Source: Parasynechococcus marenigrum WH 8102 (GTDB lineage: Bacteria > Cyanobacteriota > Cyanobacteriia > PCC-6307 > Cyanobiaceae). From it: DNA of 32,000 nt. This document shows, in pieces, positions 1-9,607 of the stretch. The stretch covers positions 1,260,001 through 1,292,000 of the forward strand of contig NC_005070.1 in NCBI RefSeq assembly GCF_000195975.1. The letters are read 5' to 3'. The translations under genes were made by a program, and so were the position numbers. Numbering within the stretch: position 1 is the first letter of the stretch; each line of letters opens with the position of its first letter. Under the pieces are notes generated by a model. That model was given only the letters and a program-made list of their open reading frames with translations, was not told the DNA's origin and ran no database searches.

Positions 1-147
1 CGAGCTCCAGCGCCGTCCTGCACTCCGTTCTCCGCCGAGGAACGTCACGGTCAATGACGGATGGTCCTGCAGAAGCCTGATGGTCTGCAGCCCGCCATAG
101 CCCGATGCACCGATCACCGCGACACGACCCTGCCCACCACCGGCCAT
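1..147 (-). CDS. argC: N-acetyl-gamma-glutamyl-phosphate reductase, N-terminal 49 codons (gene continues past the window start)
   Basis: Minus-strand ATG at 145-147 opens a frame that runs off the window: [49 protein letters not shown]. The [11 protein letters not shown] dinucleotide-binding start followed by LxxHP is the typical ArgC N-terminus. It is absent from the ORF track because it has no in-window stop. Confidence 0.75.
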   Translation of the reverse strand, partial: MAGGGQGRVAVIGASGYGGLQTIRLLQDHPSLTVTFLGGERSAGRRWSS

Positions 148-166
148 CTCGGCGATTCGTGACGCA

Positions 167-1882
167 GTGCTGCTTGCCATGGCGACGTCCAACCAACAGT
201 TGATCGTACAGAGATTGATAATGATGGAATTGCAGTACGGCAGGCTTCTGAACTCCAGTTCCCAGCATCAGCAGGACGATCCGATCCGCTTCGATGACAT
301 CGCCGAGGCGTTGGCCGCCATTCGCAATGGTGCCTGTGTGGTGGTGGTCGATGACGAGCAGCGTGAAAACGAAGGCGATCTGATCTGCGCCGCTCAATTC
401 GCCACACCGGAAGCGATCAATTTCATGGCGACCGAGGCCCGCGGGCTGATCTGTCTGGCCATGGAGGGGAAGCGGCTGGACGAGCTTGATCTTCCCCTGA
501 TGGTGGATCGCAACACCGATGCCAACGAAACGGCCTTCACGGTGAGCATCGATGCGGGGGCTGAGCACGGCGTCAGCACTGGAATCTCTGCGGAGGATCG
601 TGCCCGGACGATTCAGGTTGCCCTCAATCCCAAGACGCGACCTGCGGAGCTGCGACGACCGGGACACATTTTTCCGCTGCGGGCCAAGCCTGGCGGCGTG
701 TTGAAACGCGCCGGACACACGGAAGCAGCTGTTGACCTGGCCCAGCTTGCGGGTCTTACACCCTCCGGCGTGATCTGCGAGATCCAGAACAGCGATGGCT
801 CCATGGCCCGTCTGCCGGAACTGAGGGCTTACGCCGATACCTGGGGCTTGAAGCTCATCAGCATCGCTGAACTGATCCGCTATCGGCTCGACAACGAACG
901 GTTTGTGCGACGGCAGGCCCATGCGGAACTGCCGAGTCAGTTCGGTTCGTTCCAGGCCATTGGCTACTGCAATGAACTGGATGGCTCGGAACATGTGGCC
1001 CTCGTCAAAGGTGACCCGGCCTCCCTGCGTGAACCGGTGCTGGTGCGGATGCATTCGGAATGCCTCACCGGTGATGCCTTCGGATCCCTGCGCTGCGACT
1101 GCCGCCCTCAGCTGGAGGCAGCACTGCGCCAAATCGAACGTGAGGGGGAAGGTGTGGTGGTTTACCTACGCCAGGAGGGTCGCGGCATCGGTCTGATCAA
1201 CAAACTTCGCGCCTACAGCCTTCAGGATGGAGGCCTTGACACCGTTGAGGCCAACGAACGGCTGGGGTTCCCCGCTGACTTGCGCAACTACGGGGTGGGA
1301 GCGCAGATCCTCTCAGATCTCGGCATCCATCGCTTGCGACTGCTGACCAACAACCCCCGCAAGATCGCTGGGCTCGGGGGCTATGGACTTCAGGTGGAAG
1401 AACGGGTCCCCCTGGTGATGGATGCCGGTGATCACAACGCCGACTATCTGGCTGCCAAGCGCGACAAACTCGGCCATCTCATGGACAGCGATGGTCCCTG
1501 CACCGTTCTCGCCGTCGCGGTGAACGATCGAACGGAGAGCCTGCCCTCGATCCGCTCCCGTGTGGAAGATCTCGCTGAGACCCACGGCCAAACCCTGGAA
1601 GCGCTGCATGAGCCGCGCTTGCTGGCGCTCTGGGACCGTCCCCAGTTCGTCTGGAAGCTCACGCCGGAGGTGGATGCTCCGCTGGCACTGCTGCAGTCGA
1701 TTGCCCAGCTGGAATCCACACAACGCATTGGTTTGCTTCGCGTCAGCACCGAGCGCAGTGCGCTCCACCCATCACAAACGCTGGAACGGGAAGAGCGTTC
1801 CTTGGTTGAGCTCATCCAGACCAATGGGGACGAACGTCTGACGCAACGTCCGTCCCTCCTGCACTGGTCAGCCAGGGACTGA
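167..1882 (+). CDS. ribBA: Bifunctional 3,4-dihydroxy-2-butanone-4-phosphate synthase / GTP cyclohydrolase II, with a C-terminal extension
   Basis: 571-aa ORF. A DHBP-synthase block ([30 protein letters not shown]) is followed by a GTP cyclohydrolase II block ([37 protein letters not shown]). The start is ambiguous: GTG 167, ATG 179 or ATG 221/224. Confidence 0.93.
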   Translation: MLLAMATSNQQLIVQRLIMMELQYGRLLNSSSQHQQDDPIRFDDIAEALAAIRNGACVVVVDDEQRENEGDLICAAQFATPEAINFMATEARGLICLAMEGKRLDELDLPLMVDRNTDANETAFTVSIDAGAEHGVSTGISAEDRARTIQVALNPKTRPAELRRPGHIFPLRAKPGGVLKRAGHTEAAVDLAQLAGLTPSGVICEIQNSDGSMARLPELRAYADTWGLKLISIAELIRYRLDNERFVRRQAHAELPSQFGSFQAIGYCNELDGSEHVALVKGDPASLREPVLVRMHSECLTGDAFGSLRCDCRPQLEAALRQIEREGEGVVVYLRQEGRGIGLINKLRAYSLQDGGLDTVEANERLGFPADLRNYGVGAQILSDLGIHRLRLLTNNPRKIAGLGGYGLQVEERVPLVMDAGDHNADYLAAKRDKLGHLMDSDGPCTVLAVAVNDRTESLPSIRSRVEDLAETHGQTLEALHEPRLLALWDRPQFVWKLTPEVDAPLALLQSIAQLESTQRIGLLRVSTERSALHPSQTLEREERSLVELIQTNGDERLTQRPSLLHWSARD

Positions 1883-2323
1883 TCAGTCCTGAATGATTAC
1901 CTTATTGATCTTGGATCCGTTGCTGAGCTTCAGAACTACATCCATGTTTCCGGTGTGACCGAACACGGTGTGCACGCCATCCAGATGGGGCTGTGCTTCA
2001 TGGCAGATGTAGAACTGTGAGCCACCGGTGTTGCGACCGGCATGGGCCATGGCCATGGTGCCGGCCTGGTGCTTCTGGCCATTAATTTCGCAATCGATCT
2101 GATAGCCGGGGCCACCGGTGCCGGCCATGCCACGCGCACCCTCGCGGCTGTTAGGGCATCCACCCTGAGCCATGAAACCGGGGATGACCCGGTGGAAGGC
2201 GAGGCCGTCATAGAACCCGTCCTTGGCCAGTTTCACGAAATTGGCCACCGTGTTGGGAGCGTCGGACTCAAACAGCTCGAGCTCGATCTGCCCTGCGTCG
2301 GTGTCCATCAGAGCCGTGGTCAT
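1883..2323 (-). CDS. Peptidyl-prolyl cis-trans isomerase, cyclophilin type
   Basis: Cyclophilin blocks [20 protein letters not shown] and [16 protein letters not shown] place the start at ATG 2321-2323 ([18 protein letters not shown]). The ORF-track start at 2398 would overlap the mtnP start. Confidence 0.9.
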   Translation of the reverse strand: MTTALMDTDAGQIELELFESDAPNTVANFVKLAKDGFYDGLAFHRVIPGFMAQGGCPNSREGARGMAGTGGPGYQIDCEINGQKHQAGTMAMAHAGRNTGGSQFYICHEAQPHLDGVHTVFGHTGNMDVVLKLSNGSKINKVIIQD

Positions 2324-2363
2324 GGTGGCGCGAGCAAAATTGGAGTGTAGTGAGAGGCCTTCC

Positions 2364-3263
2364 ATGCCCGACCTCAGCAACGCCCGTGTTGGTGTCATTG
2401 GCGGTAGCGGTCTTTACGCCATTCCTGGGCTCGACCAGGCGGAGGAACTGAGTCTCGACACGCCGTTCGGGCGTCCCTCCGATGTTCTCAGGCTAGGGAC
2501 ACTGCAGGACATGGAGACGGTGTTTCTTGCCCGTCACGGTCGCCATCACCAGTTGTTGCCTCGCGAGGTTCCTTACCAGGCGAACATCTGGGCCATGCGT
2601 CAGCTGAACGTTCGCTGGCTGATCTCAGTGTCGGCAGTGGGGTCGCTGCAGGAGCACCTGCGTCCGCGGGACATGGTGGTGCCGGATCAGTTCATTGATC
2701 GGACCCAACAACGACCTCAGTCGTTCTTTGGTGATGGCTGCGTCGCCCACGTGAGCCTGGCGGATCCGTTCTGCCCCCGATTGAGCGAACTCTTGGCGGA
2801 GGCTGCAGCGTCGGCGATGCCGGCCGGCCACCATCTTCATCGCGGTGGCACATACCTCTGCATGGAGGGCCCTGCGTTCTCAACGCGAGCCGAAAGCCTG
2901 CTGTACCGAAGCTGGGGATGCTCCGTGATCGGCATGACCAATCACACCGAAGCGCGACTGGCCCGGGAAGCTGAGCTCGCCTACGCCTCTCTCTCGATGG
3001 TCACCGACTTCGATTGCTGGCACAACGACCATGACGCCGTCAGCGTTGAGATGGTGGTCGGCAACCTCAAGGCCAACGCCGTGGCCACGGAACCGATCCT
3101 CAATCGACTGATGTTGAGCCTCAATGAGCAACGACCCAGTTCAGCCGCGCACACGGCGCTTGCCGATGCTTTGATCACTGCTCCTGAACACGTACCCCCT
3201 AAGACGCGCGAGCGTCTAAATCTGTTCACCCGTTCCTACTGGGGCTCATTCCCTCAGGATTGA
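2364..3263 (+). CDS. mtnP: S-methyl-5'-thioadenosine phosphorylase
   Basis: ATG 2364 gives [85 protein letters not shown], the MTAP / purine nucleoside phosphorylase pattern. The ORF-track portion 2223-2363 is antisense to the cyclophilin gene. Confidence 0.9.
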   Translation: MPDLSNARVGVIGGSGLYAIPGLDQAEELSLDTPFGRPSDVLRLGTLQDMETVFLARHGRHHQLLPREVPYQANIWAMRQLNVRWLISVSAVGSLQEHLRPRDMVVPDQFIDRTQQRPQSFFGDGCVAHVSLADPFCPRLSELLAEAAASAMPAGHHLHRGGTYLCMEGPAFSTRAESLLYRSWGCSVIGMTNHTEARLAREAELAYASLSMVTDFDCWHNDHDAVSVEMVVGNLKANAVATEPILNRLMLSLNEQRPSSAAHTALADALITAPEHVPPKTRERLNLFTRSYWGSFPQD

Positions 3264-4204
3264 GCCAGTTTGAGTCCCCTACTGGCGAAGGCCTGGCGAA
3301 GCTGACCGTCGTGGGTCTGGAGCAACTCCATTGCTTCACTCGACGCCAGGCCACTGCTGGCCATGAGCAAGGCCAGCTTGACCGAACCACCCGCCTGATC
3401 CAGTAAGACGAGGCCGTCATCCCGCTCAATACCACCAAGGTCCCGCAGGATTCGCAGGCAGCGGTCCACCAGCTTGCTGTTGCTGGCGGAAACATCCACC
3501 ATCCGGTTGCCAAACACTTTGCCAAGCCGAACCATGACGGCGGTGGAGATGATGTTTAAGGCCATTTTGGTGGCTGTTCCAGCCTTGAGCCGTGTGGAAC
3601 CGGTGAGGAGTTCAGGCCCCGTCAGCAGACGGATGTCGATGTCGCAGGGGAGAGGAGCCTGATCGCTCGGTACACAGGCCATGGCGATGGCCAGAGCACC
3701 GATGCTGCGGGCATGGCTAAGGCCACCCCGCACGTATGGCGTCGTGCCGCCAGCGGCGATGCCTACAAGACAGTCCCCGGCATTGAATCCGCGCTGATCG
3801 AGATCCTCACGTCCGGCGGCCTCCAGATCCTCTAGTCCCTCGGAACTGCGCAGAAGTGCGGGGGCACCACCAGCCAGCACGCCTTGAACCATCTCCGGAT
3901 CACTGCAGAAGGTTGGAGGGCATTCAGCGGCATCCAGCACACCGAGCCGCCCTGACGTTCCCGCCCCCAGATAAAACAATCGGCCACCATCCTTGAGTCG
4001 GGATGCGATGCGATCAACAGCCGCACTAATCGATGCCGAAGCGTCCGCTACGGCCTGTTGAGGGCGACGGTCCTCCTCCACAAACAACGTCACCAGCTCG
4101 GCTGTGTCGAGCAGATCCAGGGCGGTGCTTCGGGGATTGGGCTGCTCAGTCATCAGGTGGCCGCGATCGGCGGAGACGGCAGCGTCGGATTGGAAACGAG
4201 TCAT
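3254..4204 (-). CDS. murQ: N-acetylmuramic acid 6-phosphate etherase
   Basis: SIS-domain etherase motifs RGHLMTEQPNP, GGRLFYLGAGTSGRLGVLDAAECPPTF and TGSTRLKAGTATKM. The conserved RGHL block lies upstream of the internal Met, so the ATG at 4204 is preferred. Confidence 0.9.
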   Translation of the reverse strand: MTRFQSDAAVSADRGHLMTEQPNPRSTALDLLDTAELVTLFVEEDRRPQQAVADASASISAAVDRIASRLKDGGRLFYLGAGTSGRLGVLDAAECPPTFCSDPEMVQGVLAGGAPALLRSSEGLEDLEAAGREDLDQRGFNAGDCLVGIAAGGTTPYVRGGLSHARSIGALAIAMACVPSDQAPLPCDIDIRLLTGPELLTGSTRLKAGTATKMALNIISTAVMVRLGKVFGNRMVDVSASNSKLVDRCLRILRDLGGIERDDGLVLLDQAGGSVKLALLMASSGLASSEAMELLQTHDGQLRQAFASRGLKLAQS

Positions 4205-4207
4205 CGT

Positions 4208-4603
4208 TTAAAGCAACCCCTCAAGACGTTTGCGCAGAGCGTCGAGTTCGCTGGATGAGGACGGCTCAGGCTCGGGAAGCGACTCCTCGTCTTTCCACTG
4301 ACTCACATCACGGTTGGCTTCCGGAGGTGCCATGAACAACCGCTCTTCGTCGGATTCAGGGACAAAGCCAGAGGCCACAAAGCGGGCTTCATATCCAGCG
4401 TCTCGACAGAACAGCTCAACGTCTTCACGATCAAGGGATTCCACGGTGGGAACCGGAAAGTCCTGGGCCTCGAGCAATCCTGCGTAGCGCTCGGCGTCAT
4501 CGGGGTTCTCGAACAGGAGCACCACCGTCCGACCGGCAATCTCAAGCGAGTGGATCCCCTCACTGTCACTGCCGGCATCGAACAGAAGCACGTTGACGCG
4601 CAT
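4208..4603 (-). CDS. Conserved cyanobacterial/plastid-lineage protein, DUF3110-like
   Basis: Start at ATG 4601-4603 gives MRVNVLLFDAGSDSEGIHSLEIAGRTVVLLFENPDDAERYAGLLEAQDFPVPTVE. I recognise this as the DUF3110 pattern. The tail is acidic. The ORF-track start (4645) is also possible. Confidence 0.65.
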   Translation of the reverse strand: MRVNVLLFDAGSDSEGIHSLEIAGRTVVLLFENPDDAERYAGLLEAQDFPVPTVESLDREDVELFCRDAGYEARFVASGFVPESDEERLFMAPPEANRDVSQWKDEESLPEPEPSSSSELDALRKRLEGLL

Positions 4604-4653
4604 CGCGGGGAACACTCGATCCTCAACAGAGCCGGAGTCTCTCATCGATCGCT

Positions 4654-5553
4654 TCAGCCGTCCTCCGCCTCAAGGGCAAGTTCCTGCAGTCGGCGATAAA
4701 GAGCCCGTTCCGCATCACCGAGGTCAGCGGGGATGACCACCACAATCTCCACCAGTTGATCACCGCGACGGTCATCCAGCTCCAGGCCCCGCCCACGCAG
4801 CCGCAGCAATCGTCCACTGGACGAACCCGGCGGAACCTGGAGGGTTACCGGCCCGTCCAGGGTTGGCACATCCACAGCGCAGCCGAGGGCGGCATCCGGG
4901 GGGAACAACAACAGCTTGTAGTGCACCCGAAGGCCGTCGATGCGCAGACCGTCGTCCGTGAGCACCCGCAGCTGCAGGAAGTGATCGCGCCCACCGCTGG
5001 CAACTCCCTCCAGCCGCAACCTCCAACCATCTCCGGCCTGGGGAGGGGTCTCGAGTTCCACGACCGTTCCATCCTCAAGGTTGAGCTCAACAGTGGTGCC
5101 ATGCAGCGCCTGTTCTGGCGTCAGCTCCACGATCGACTCGAGATCCTCATCAACCCGCACGGGAGGCGGCGGAGGTGGTGCCGCGACAGGGGGTTCCTTC
5201 CATGAAGCGGGATCGTTTCGCTCGGGAGGGGGCGATTCAGATCGACGCGACGATTCGCCAAGCACCACCTCGAGATAGTCCTCGAAATCAGGGAACCCTT
5301 GTTCAAACGGATCTCGATCACGCCGTCCTTCTCGATCGCCATGCTCCCAGGCCCGGCGGCGGCGGGGATCACTGAGCACCGCATAGGCCTCATTGACCAG
5401 CTTGAACCGCTCCTCGGCAACGGGATCGTTGCCGTTGAGGTCCGGATGCCAACGGCGCGCTTCCCGACGGAAGGCCCGTTTCAACTGGTCGGCATCCGCC
5501 TCCGGACCTAAACCAAGCAGCGACCAGTAATCAGGATCAGCGGTAGAAGTCAT
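4654..5553 (-). CDS. dnaJ: J-domain co-chaperone (DnaJ3-like: J domain + Pro-rich linker + DnaJ C-terminal domain, no zinc finger)
   Basis: J domain with HPD: DYWSLLGLGPEADADQLKRAFRREARRWHPDLNGNDPVAEERFKLVNEAYAVLSDPRRR. There is no G/F region or CxxCxGxG motif, and a PPPPPP tract is present. ATG at 5551-5553 is preferred over GTG 5568. Confidence 0.85.
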   Translation of the reverse strand: MTSTADPDYWSLLGLGPEADADQLKRAFRREARRWHPDLNGNDPVAEERFKLVNEAYAVLSDPRRRRAWEHGDREGRRDRDPFEQGFPDFEDYLEVVLGESSRRSESPPPERNDPASWKEPPVAAPPPPPPVRVDEDLESIVELTPEQALHGTTVELNLEDGTVVELETPPQAGDGWRLRLEGVASGGRDHFLQLRVLTDDGLRIDGLRVHYKLLLFPPDAALGCAVDVPTLDGPVTLQVPPGSSSGRLLRLRGRGLELDDRRGDQLVEIVVVIPADLGDAERALYRRLQELALEAEDG

Positions 5554-7525
5554 CGTCCCAGGGATCACGATCCCGGCGGTTCAGGCTGCGTCCCCGTGGT
5601 GGACCACTCGGGGCTGCCCAGGGATCATCGTCCCAGTCATCAGCGAACAACTCGTCCTTAAGTGAGCCAAGCGTGTTGCGTAAGCCCTGAAGCGGGCGTC
5701 CATCGGACTGACGCTCAGCAGACAGGCGCCGGTTCAAGCCGAACAAGGCTTCCTCAAGGCCACTGAGGCACAGATCCAGTTCCTGCAAATCGTCCTGAGC
5801 AAGACAATCCTGCACATCGCGCATTGCCATCTCCACAGCGCGCTGCTGACGTTCCGCCCCATAGGGCCCCAGTTCCAGGGCGGCATCGCGCAGGCGACGT
5901 TCCGCCTGGGCAACAAGCGTCTGGGCACGGTTGCGGCGTTCAATCTGGTTGCGCTTGCGGCGGTCCTCATCCGCCCGCGCCTCCGCTTCAGCAAGCAGTG
6001 CGGTGACTTCATCCTCGTTGAGGTTGGATCCGCCTTGAATCGACACCGACTGCTTTCTGCCGGTGGTGCGGTCCGTGGCACTCACCTGCAGTAGCCCGTT
6101 GGCATCGATGTCAAACGCCACCTGAACCTGCGGGACACCACGGGGAGCTGGCGGAATTCCGGACAGTCGGAAACGTCCGAGCGACTTGTTGTCTGAAGCC
6201 ATCTGCCGTTCGCCTTGCCAGACGTGGATCTCCACCGAGGACTGATTCGGTTCCGACGTGCTGAACACATCGGACTGACGCACAGGAATCGGGGTGTTGC
6301 GAGGGATCAACACCCTCATCAGACCACCGACCGTCTCCAGCCCCAGGGAAAGAGGTGTGACGTCGTTCAGCAACAGATCCCGCAGTTCCCCGGTGAGGAT
6401 GCCGGCCTGAACGGCGGCGCCGATGGCCACCACTTCATCGGGGTTCACCGATTGGCAGGGATCAAGCGGCACCAGGGTGCGCACCAGTTGCTGAACCATG
6501 GGCATGCGGGTGGCGCCTCCCACAAGCACCACATCATCGATGTCATCCGCAGCCCAGCCGGAGTCGCGCAACGCGGACTGGACGGGCATCAACAGACGAT
6601 CGAGCAGGTCTGGGCAGAGACCTTCAAACGTGCTGCGATCAAGATTGGTCTCCACGTGCAGTGGGCCGTTCTCACCCGTTGCGATGAACGGCAGGGAGAT
6701 CGGTGTTGTGAGAACGCCGGACAGTTCCTGTTTGGCCTTTTCAGCCGCTTCGGTCAGGCGTTGAAGGGCCTGTCGGTCCCGCCGCAGATCCACCCCATGC
6801 TCAGCCTGAAAGGCATCAGCGATCCAGTCCACGATCCGCTGATCAAAATCATTGCCGCCCAGTTGTGTATCCCCATTGGTGGCCTTGACGTCGAACACTC
6901 CGTTCGCAATCCGGAGCAACGACACATCGAATGTGCCACCACCAAGATCAAACACAAGAACGCGACGAACGGCACTGCGATCGAAGCCATAGGCCAGGGC
7001 GGCAGCAGTAGGTTCATTGAGAATGCGCTCAACGGCGATGCCGGCCAAACGACCGGCATCGCGGGTGGCTTGGCGCTGGGCGTCGTTGAAATAAGCCGGA
7101 ACAGTGACGACTGCCGCTTCAACGGATTCGCCCAGGTAAGTGCTGGCATCGTCCACAAGCTTGCGGATGATGCTGGCCACCAGCTCCTCTGGCGCATACT
7201 CCCGTTCCGTCACGGGACAAGGAACGCGCACCTGACCTCGGTCATTGGCACGGACCGTGTAAGGCACGGCAAGGCTGCTGTCCTCCAGTTCTTCCCAGTC
7301 GCGTCCCACGAAACGCTTGAGGTTGGAGAACGTGTTGCGAGGGCTCAGCACAAGCTGACGTCTCGCCAGCTGTCCCACCAGCAGTTCCTGGTCTTTGCTG
7401 TAACCAACCACCGATGGGGTGGTCCTGCCACCCTCAGCGTTGGCAATCACGTGAGGGCGGCCTGCCTCCAGAACGGCAACAACCGAGTTCGTGGTCCCCA
7501 GATCGATCCCGACGATCCGCCCCAT
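5537..7525 (-). CDS. dnaK: Hsp70 chaperone, DnaK paralog (DnaK3-like by its linkage to the J-protein and its non-canonical tail)
   Basis: [36 protein letters not shown] and LGLETVGG are the Hsp70 signatures. Start taken at ATG 7523-7525. The 3' end overlaps the dnaJ-like start by 17 nt. Confidence 0.93.
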   Translation of the reverse strand: MGRIVGIDLGTTNSVVAVLEAGRPHVIANAEGGRTTPSVVGYSKDQELLVGQLARRQLVLSPRNTFSNLKRFVGRDWEELEDSSLAVPYTVRANDRGQVRVPCPVTEREYAPEELVASIIRKLVDDASTYLGESVEAAVVTVPAYFNDAQRQATRDAGRLAGIAVERILNEPTAAALAYGFDRSAVRRVLVFDLGGGTFDVSLLRIANGVFDVKATNGDTQLGGNDFDQRIVDWIADAFQAEHGVDLRRDRQALQRLTEAAEKAKQELSGVLTTPISLPFIATGENGPLHVETNLDRSTFEGLCPDLLDRLLMPVQSALRDSGWAADDIDDVVLVGGATRMPMVQQLVRTLVPLDPCQSVNPDEVVAIGAAVQAGILTGELRDLLLNDVTPLSLGLETVGGLMRVLIPRNTPIPVRQSDVFSTSEPNQSSVEIHVWQGERQMASDNKSLGRFRLSGIPPAPRGVPQVQVAFDIDANGLLQVSATDRTTGRKQSVSIQGGSNLNEDEVTALLAEAEARADEDRRKRNQIERRNRAQTLVAQAERRLRDAALELGPYGAERQQRAVEMAMRDVQDCLAQDDLQELDLCLSGLEEALFGLNRRLSAERQSDGRPLQGLRNTLGSLKDELFADDWDDDPWAAPSGPPRGRSLNRRDRDPWDDDFYR

Positions 7526-7603
7526 ACGTCCAAAACCTGTCACTCCACGCTAACGGCATCGACCAGCCCAGTTGCTCAGATCAACGTCCAGCAGGGGAAT
7601 GTC

Positions 7604-7622
7604 GTTAAGCCGTTCTTAGTGA
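7604..7622 (+). promoter_or_regulatory. Weak Pho-box-like direct repeat upstream of pstC
   Basis: GTTAAGCC (7604-7611) and CTTAGTGA (7615-7622) start 11 bp apart, about 50-65 nt upstream of the pstC ATG. They resemble the cyanobacterial PyTTAAPyPy(T/A) 8-mer only partly. Confidence 0.2.
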
Positions 7623-7669
7623 CTGAAACCAATCCCGTCGATACGTTGTCAGGGCGTTTGTATGTGGGA

Positions 7670-8620
7670 ATGTCCAACGAAAAGGACAATCAGTACCTTC
7701 TGCGGAACCGACCTCCGTCAGAAAAGCTGGTGGACGTTGGATTTAAGAACCTCGCTGTGATCCTGGCCTCAATGGTCGCCGTGGTGTTGTTCTTTATCCT
7801 CATCGTGGTCTTCCAGGGCAGCCTTGAGTCGATGGGGCGTTACGGCTGGCAGTTCCTCAATACATCCGATTGGAATCCGGTTGACGATGAATATGGCGCA
7901 GGAGCCGCCATCTATGGAACGTTGGTCACCTCCCTGCTGTCGTTGCTGATCGCCGTTCCATTGGGCGTTGGCACTGCGATTTTCATCACTGAAAACATCA
8001 TTCCGCGACGTATTCGCGATGTGATTGGTGTGATGGTCGAATTGCTGGCGGCAATTCCCTCGGTTGTTCTGGGCCTCTGGGCCATTTTCGTGTTGGAGCC
8101 ATTCATTCGACCAGTACTTGAATTGCTGTATCAGTTGTTCAACTGGATCCCCTTTTTCAGCACCCCACCCATGGGTCCCGGAACGATTCCTGCGGTCTTG
8201 ATTCTGGTAGTGATGATCCTGCCCATCATCACGGCCATCTCCCGAGATTCCCTGAATCAGGTTCCTCAAAAACTACGACAGGCGGCCTACGGCATCGGCA
8301 CAACCCGTTGGGGAGCAATCATGAACGTGATGCTGCCCGCAGCGGTTTCAGGAATTGTTGGAGGCGTGATGCTGGCGCTTGGACGCGCCATGGGCGAAAC
8401 CATGGCGGTAACCATGATCATTGGTAATTCCAACAACTTCAGCATTTCATTGCTGGCACCCGGCAACACAATTGCAGCCATGCTGGCCAATCAGTTCGGT
8501 GAAGCTGATGGCTCTCAGGTGTCATCCCTGATGTATGCGGCATTCATTCTGATCATCATGACCCTTGCGGTGAACATCTTCGCCCAATGGCTTGTGAAGC
8601 GTCTCAGCCTTAAGTACTGA
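7670..8620 (+). CDS. pstC: Phosphate ABC transporter permease PstC
   Basis: ATG 7670 (MSNEKDNQYLL...) begins a multi-TM protein with the PstC-type EAA region (ISRDSLNQVPQKLRQAAYGIGTTRW). The long ORF-track frame from 6215 is an antisense read-through of dnaK. Confidence 0.9.
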   Translation: MSNEKDNQYLLRNRPPSEKLVDVGFKNLAVILASMVAVVLFFILIVVFQGSLESMGRYGWQFLNTSDWNPVDDEYGAGAAIYGTLVTSLLSLLIAVPLGVGTAIFITENIIPRRIRDVIGVMVELLAAIPSVVLGLWAIFVLEPFIRPVLELLYQLFNWIPFFSTPPMGPGTIPAVLILVVMILPIITAISRDSLNQVPQKLRQAAYGIGTTRWGAIMNVMLPAAVSGIVGGVMLALGRAMGETMAVTMIIGNSNNFSISLLAPGNTIAAMLANQFGEADGSQVSSLMYAAFILIIMTLAVNIFAQWLVKRLSLKY

Positions 8621-8622
8621 TC

Positions 8623-9540
8623 ATGACTTCTCTTTACTCCAATCGCGCTTCCGAGGGGATTCCTGACCTCTCATATAAACCAAGTCTTGCTAGAAATGTA
8701 GGTAGCAGAGTCCTCACAGTTATTGCTGGCATCTTTTCAGCGGTGGCTGTTCTGCCGTTGATCCTCGTTCTTGGCTACGTCATCGTGAAAGGTGGCAGCA
8801 AGATCTCTCTTGCTTTGTTCACGGAATTGCCTCCGCCACCGGGACTTGATGGTGGTGGTATTGCCAATGCCATTGTTGGCACGATTGTCGTTACCGTGAT
8901 TGCTGCATTGATCGCCATACCTATTGGTGTAGGCGGCGGAATTTATCTCGCTGAGTACTCTCGTAGCGGTTGGTTTGCCCAATTCATCCGCTTCGGAACG
9001 AACGTCCTTTCTGGTGTACCGTCGATTATCGCCGGTGTGTTCATTTACGGAACGATTGTCACCAGTCGCGTGCTGTTCGGTAATGCCTACAGCGCACTGG
9101 CTGGCGGCATGGCGCTCTCCATTCTGATGTTGCCAACGGTGATTAAAACCACTGACGAAGGTCTCAAGCTCGTCTCAGACGACTTGCGACAGGCAGCATT
9201 GGGAGTTGGTGCGTCCAGATTCGTCACCATCGTGCGAATAACTCTGCCGACGGCATTCACTCCCATTGCCACAGGAGTAGTTCTGGCGATTGCCAGAGCC
9301 GCTGGTGAAACAGCCCCATTGATCTTCACTGCCCTGTTCTCGCCCTTCTGGTCTGATCTTTTGTCCACCGATGGAATCTTTGCGCCAATCGCAACGTTGT
9401 CGGTTCTAATCTACAACTTCGCGATCATGCCCTATGAATTCCATAACGAACTGGCCTGGTCCGCATCATTCGTGCTCGTTGTGATGATCCTCGGCCTGAA
9501 TCTCTTCTCCCGTTGGCTGGCCCGATTTGCTGCCAAGTGA
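8623..9540 (+). CDS. pstA: Phosphate ABC transporter permease PstA
   Basis: 305-aa multi-TM protein starting 2 nt after the pstC stop. Contains the PstA-type block [26 protein letters not shown]. Confidence 0.9.
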   Translation: MTSLYSNRASEGIPDLSYKPSLARNVGSRVLTVIAGIFSAVAVLPLILVLGYVIVKGGSKISLALFTELPPPPGLDGGGIANAIVGTIVVTVIAALIAIPIGVGGGIYLAEYSRSGWFAQFIRFGTNVLSGVPSIIAGVFIYGTIVTSRVLFGNAYSALAGGMALSILMLPTVIKTTDEGLKLVSDDLRQAALGVGASRFVTIVRITLPTAFTPIATGVVLAIARAAGETAPLIFTALFSPFWSDLLSTDGIFAPIATLSVLIYNFAIMPYEFHNELAWSASFVLVVMILGLNLFSRWLARFAAK

Positions 9541-9607
9541 TCGGACGACGACCCTTCAATCCATCAGACCTCCATCCTTTCCGTACTTCCCGCTTCCCAT
9601 CCGAGCC

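Noticed and set aside
148-220. Possible FMN riboswitch in front of ribBA
   Set aside because: Only about 20-75 nt separate argC and the possible ribBA starts. That is far too short for an FMN aptamer, and no conserved aptamer elements are visible.
6215-7669. The 5' 485 codons of the 801-aa plus-strand ORF that ends as pstC
   Set aside because: This part lies entirely antisense to the strongly recognisable dnaK gene and has no motif of its own. High-GC antisense frames are often stop-free. pstC homology starts only at ATG 7670.
9541-9607. Pyrimidine-rich 67-nt pstA-pstB spacer with TCCATC-like repeats
   Set aside because: The repeats are short, imperfect and lack consistent phasing or pairing potential. 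This is most simply an ordinary intercistronic spacer.
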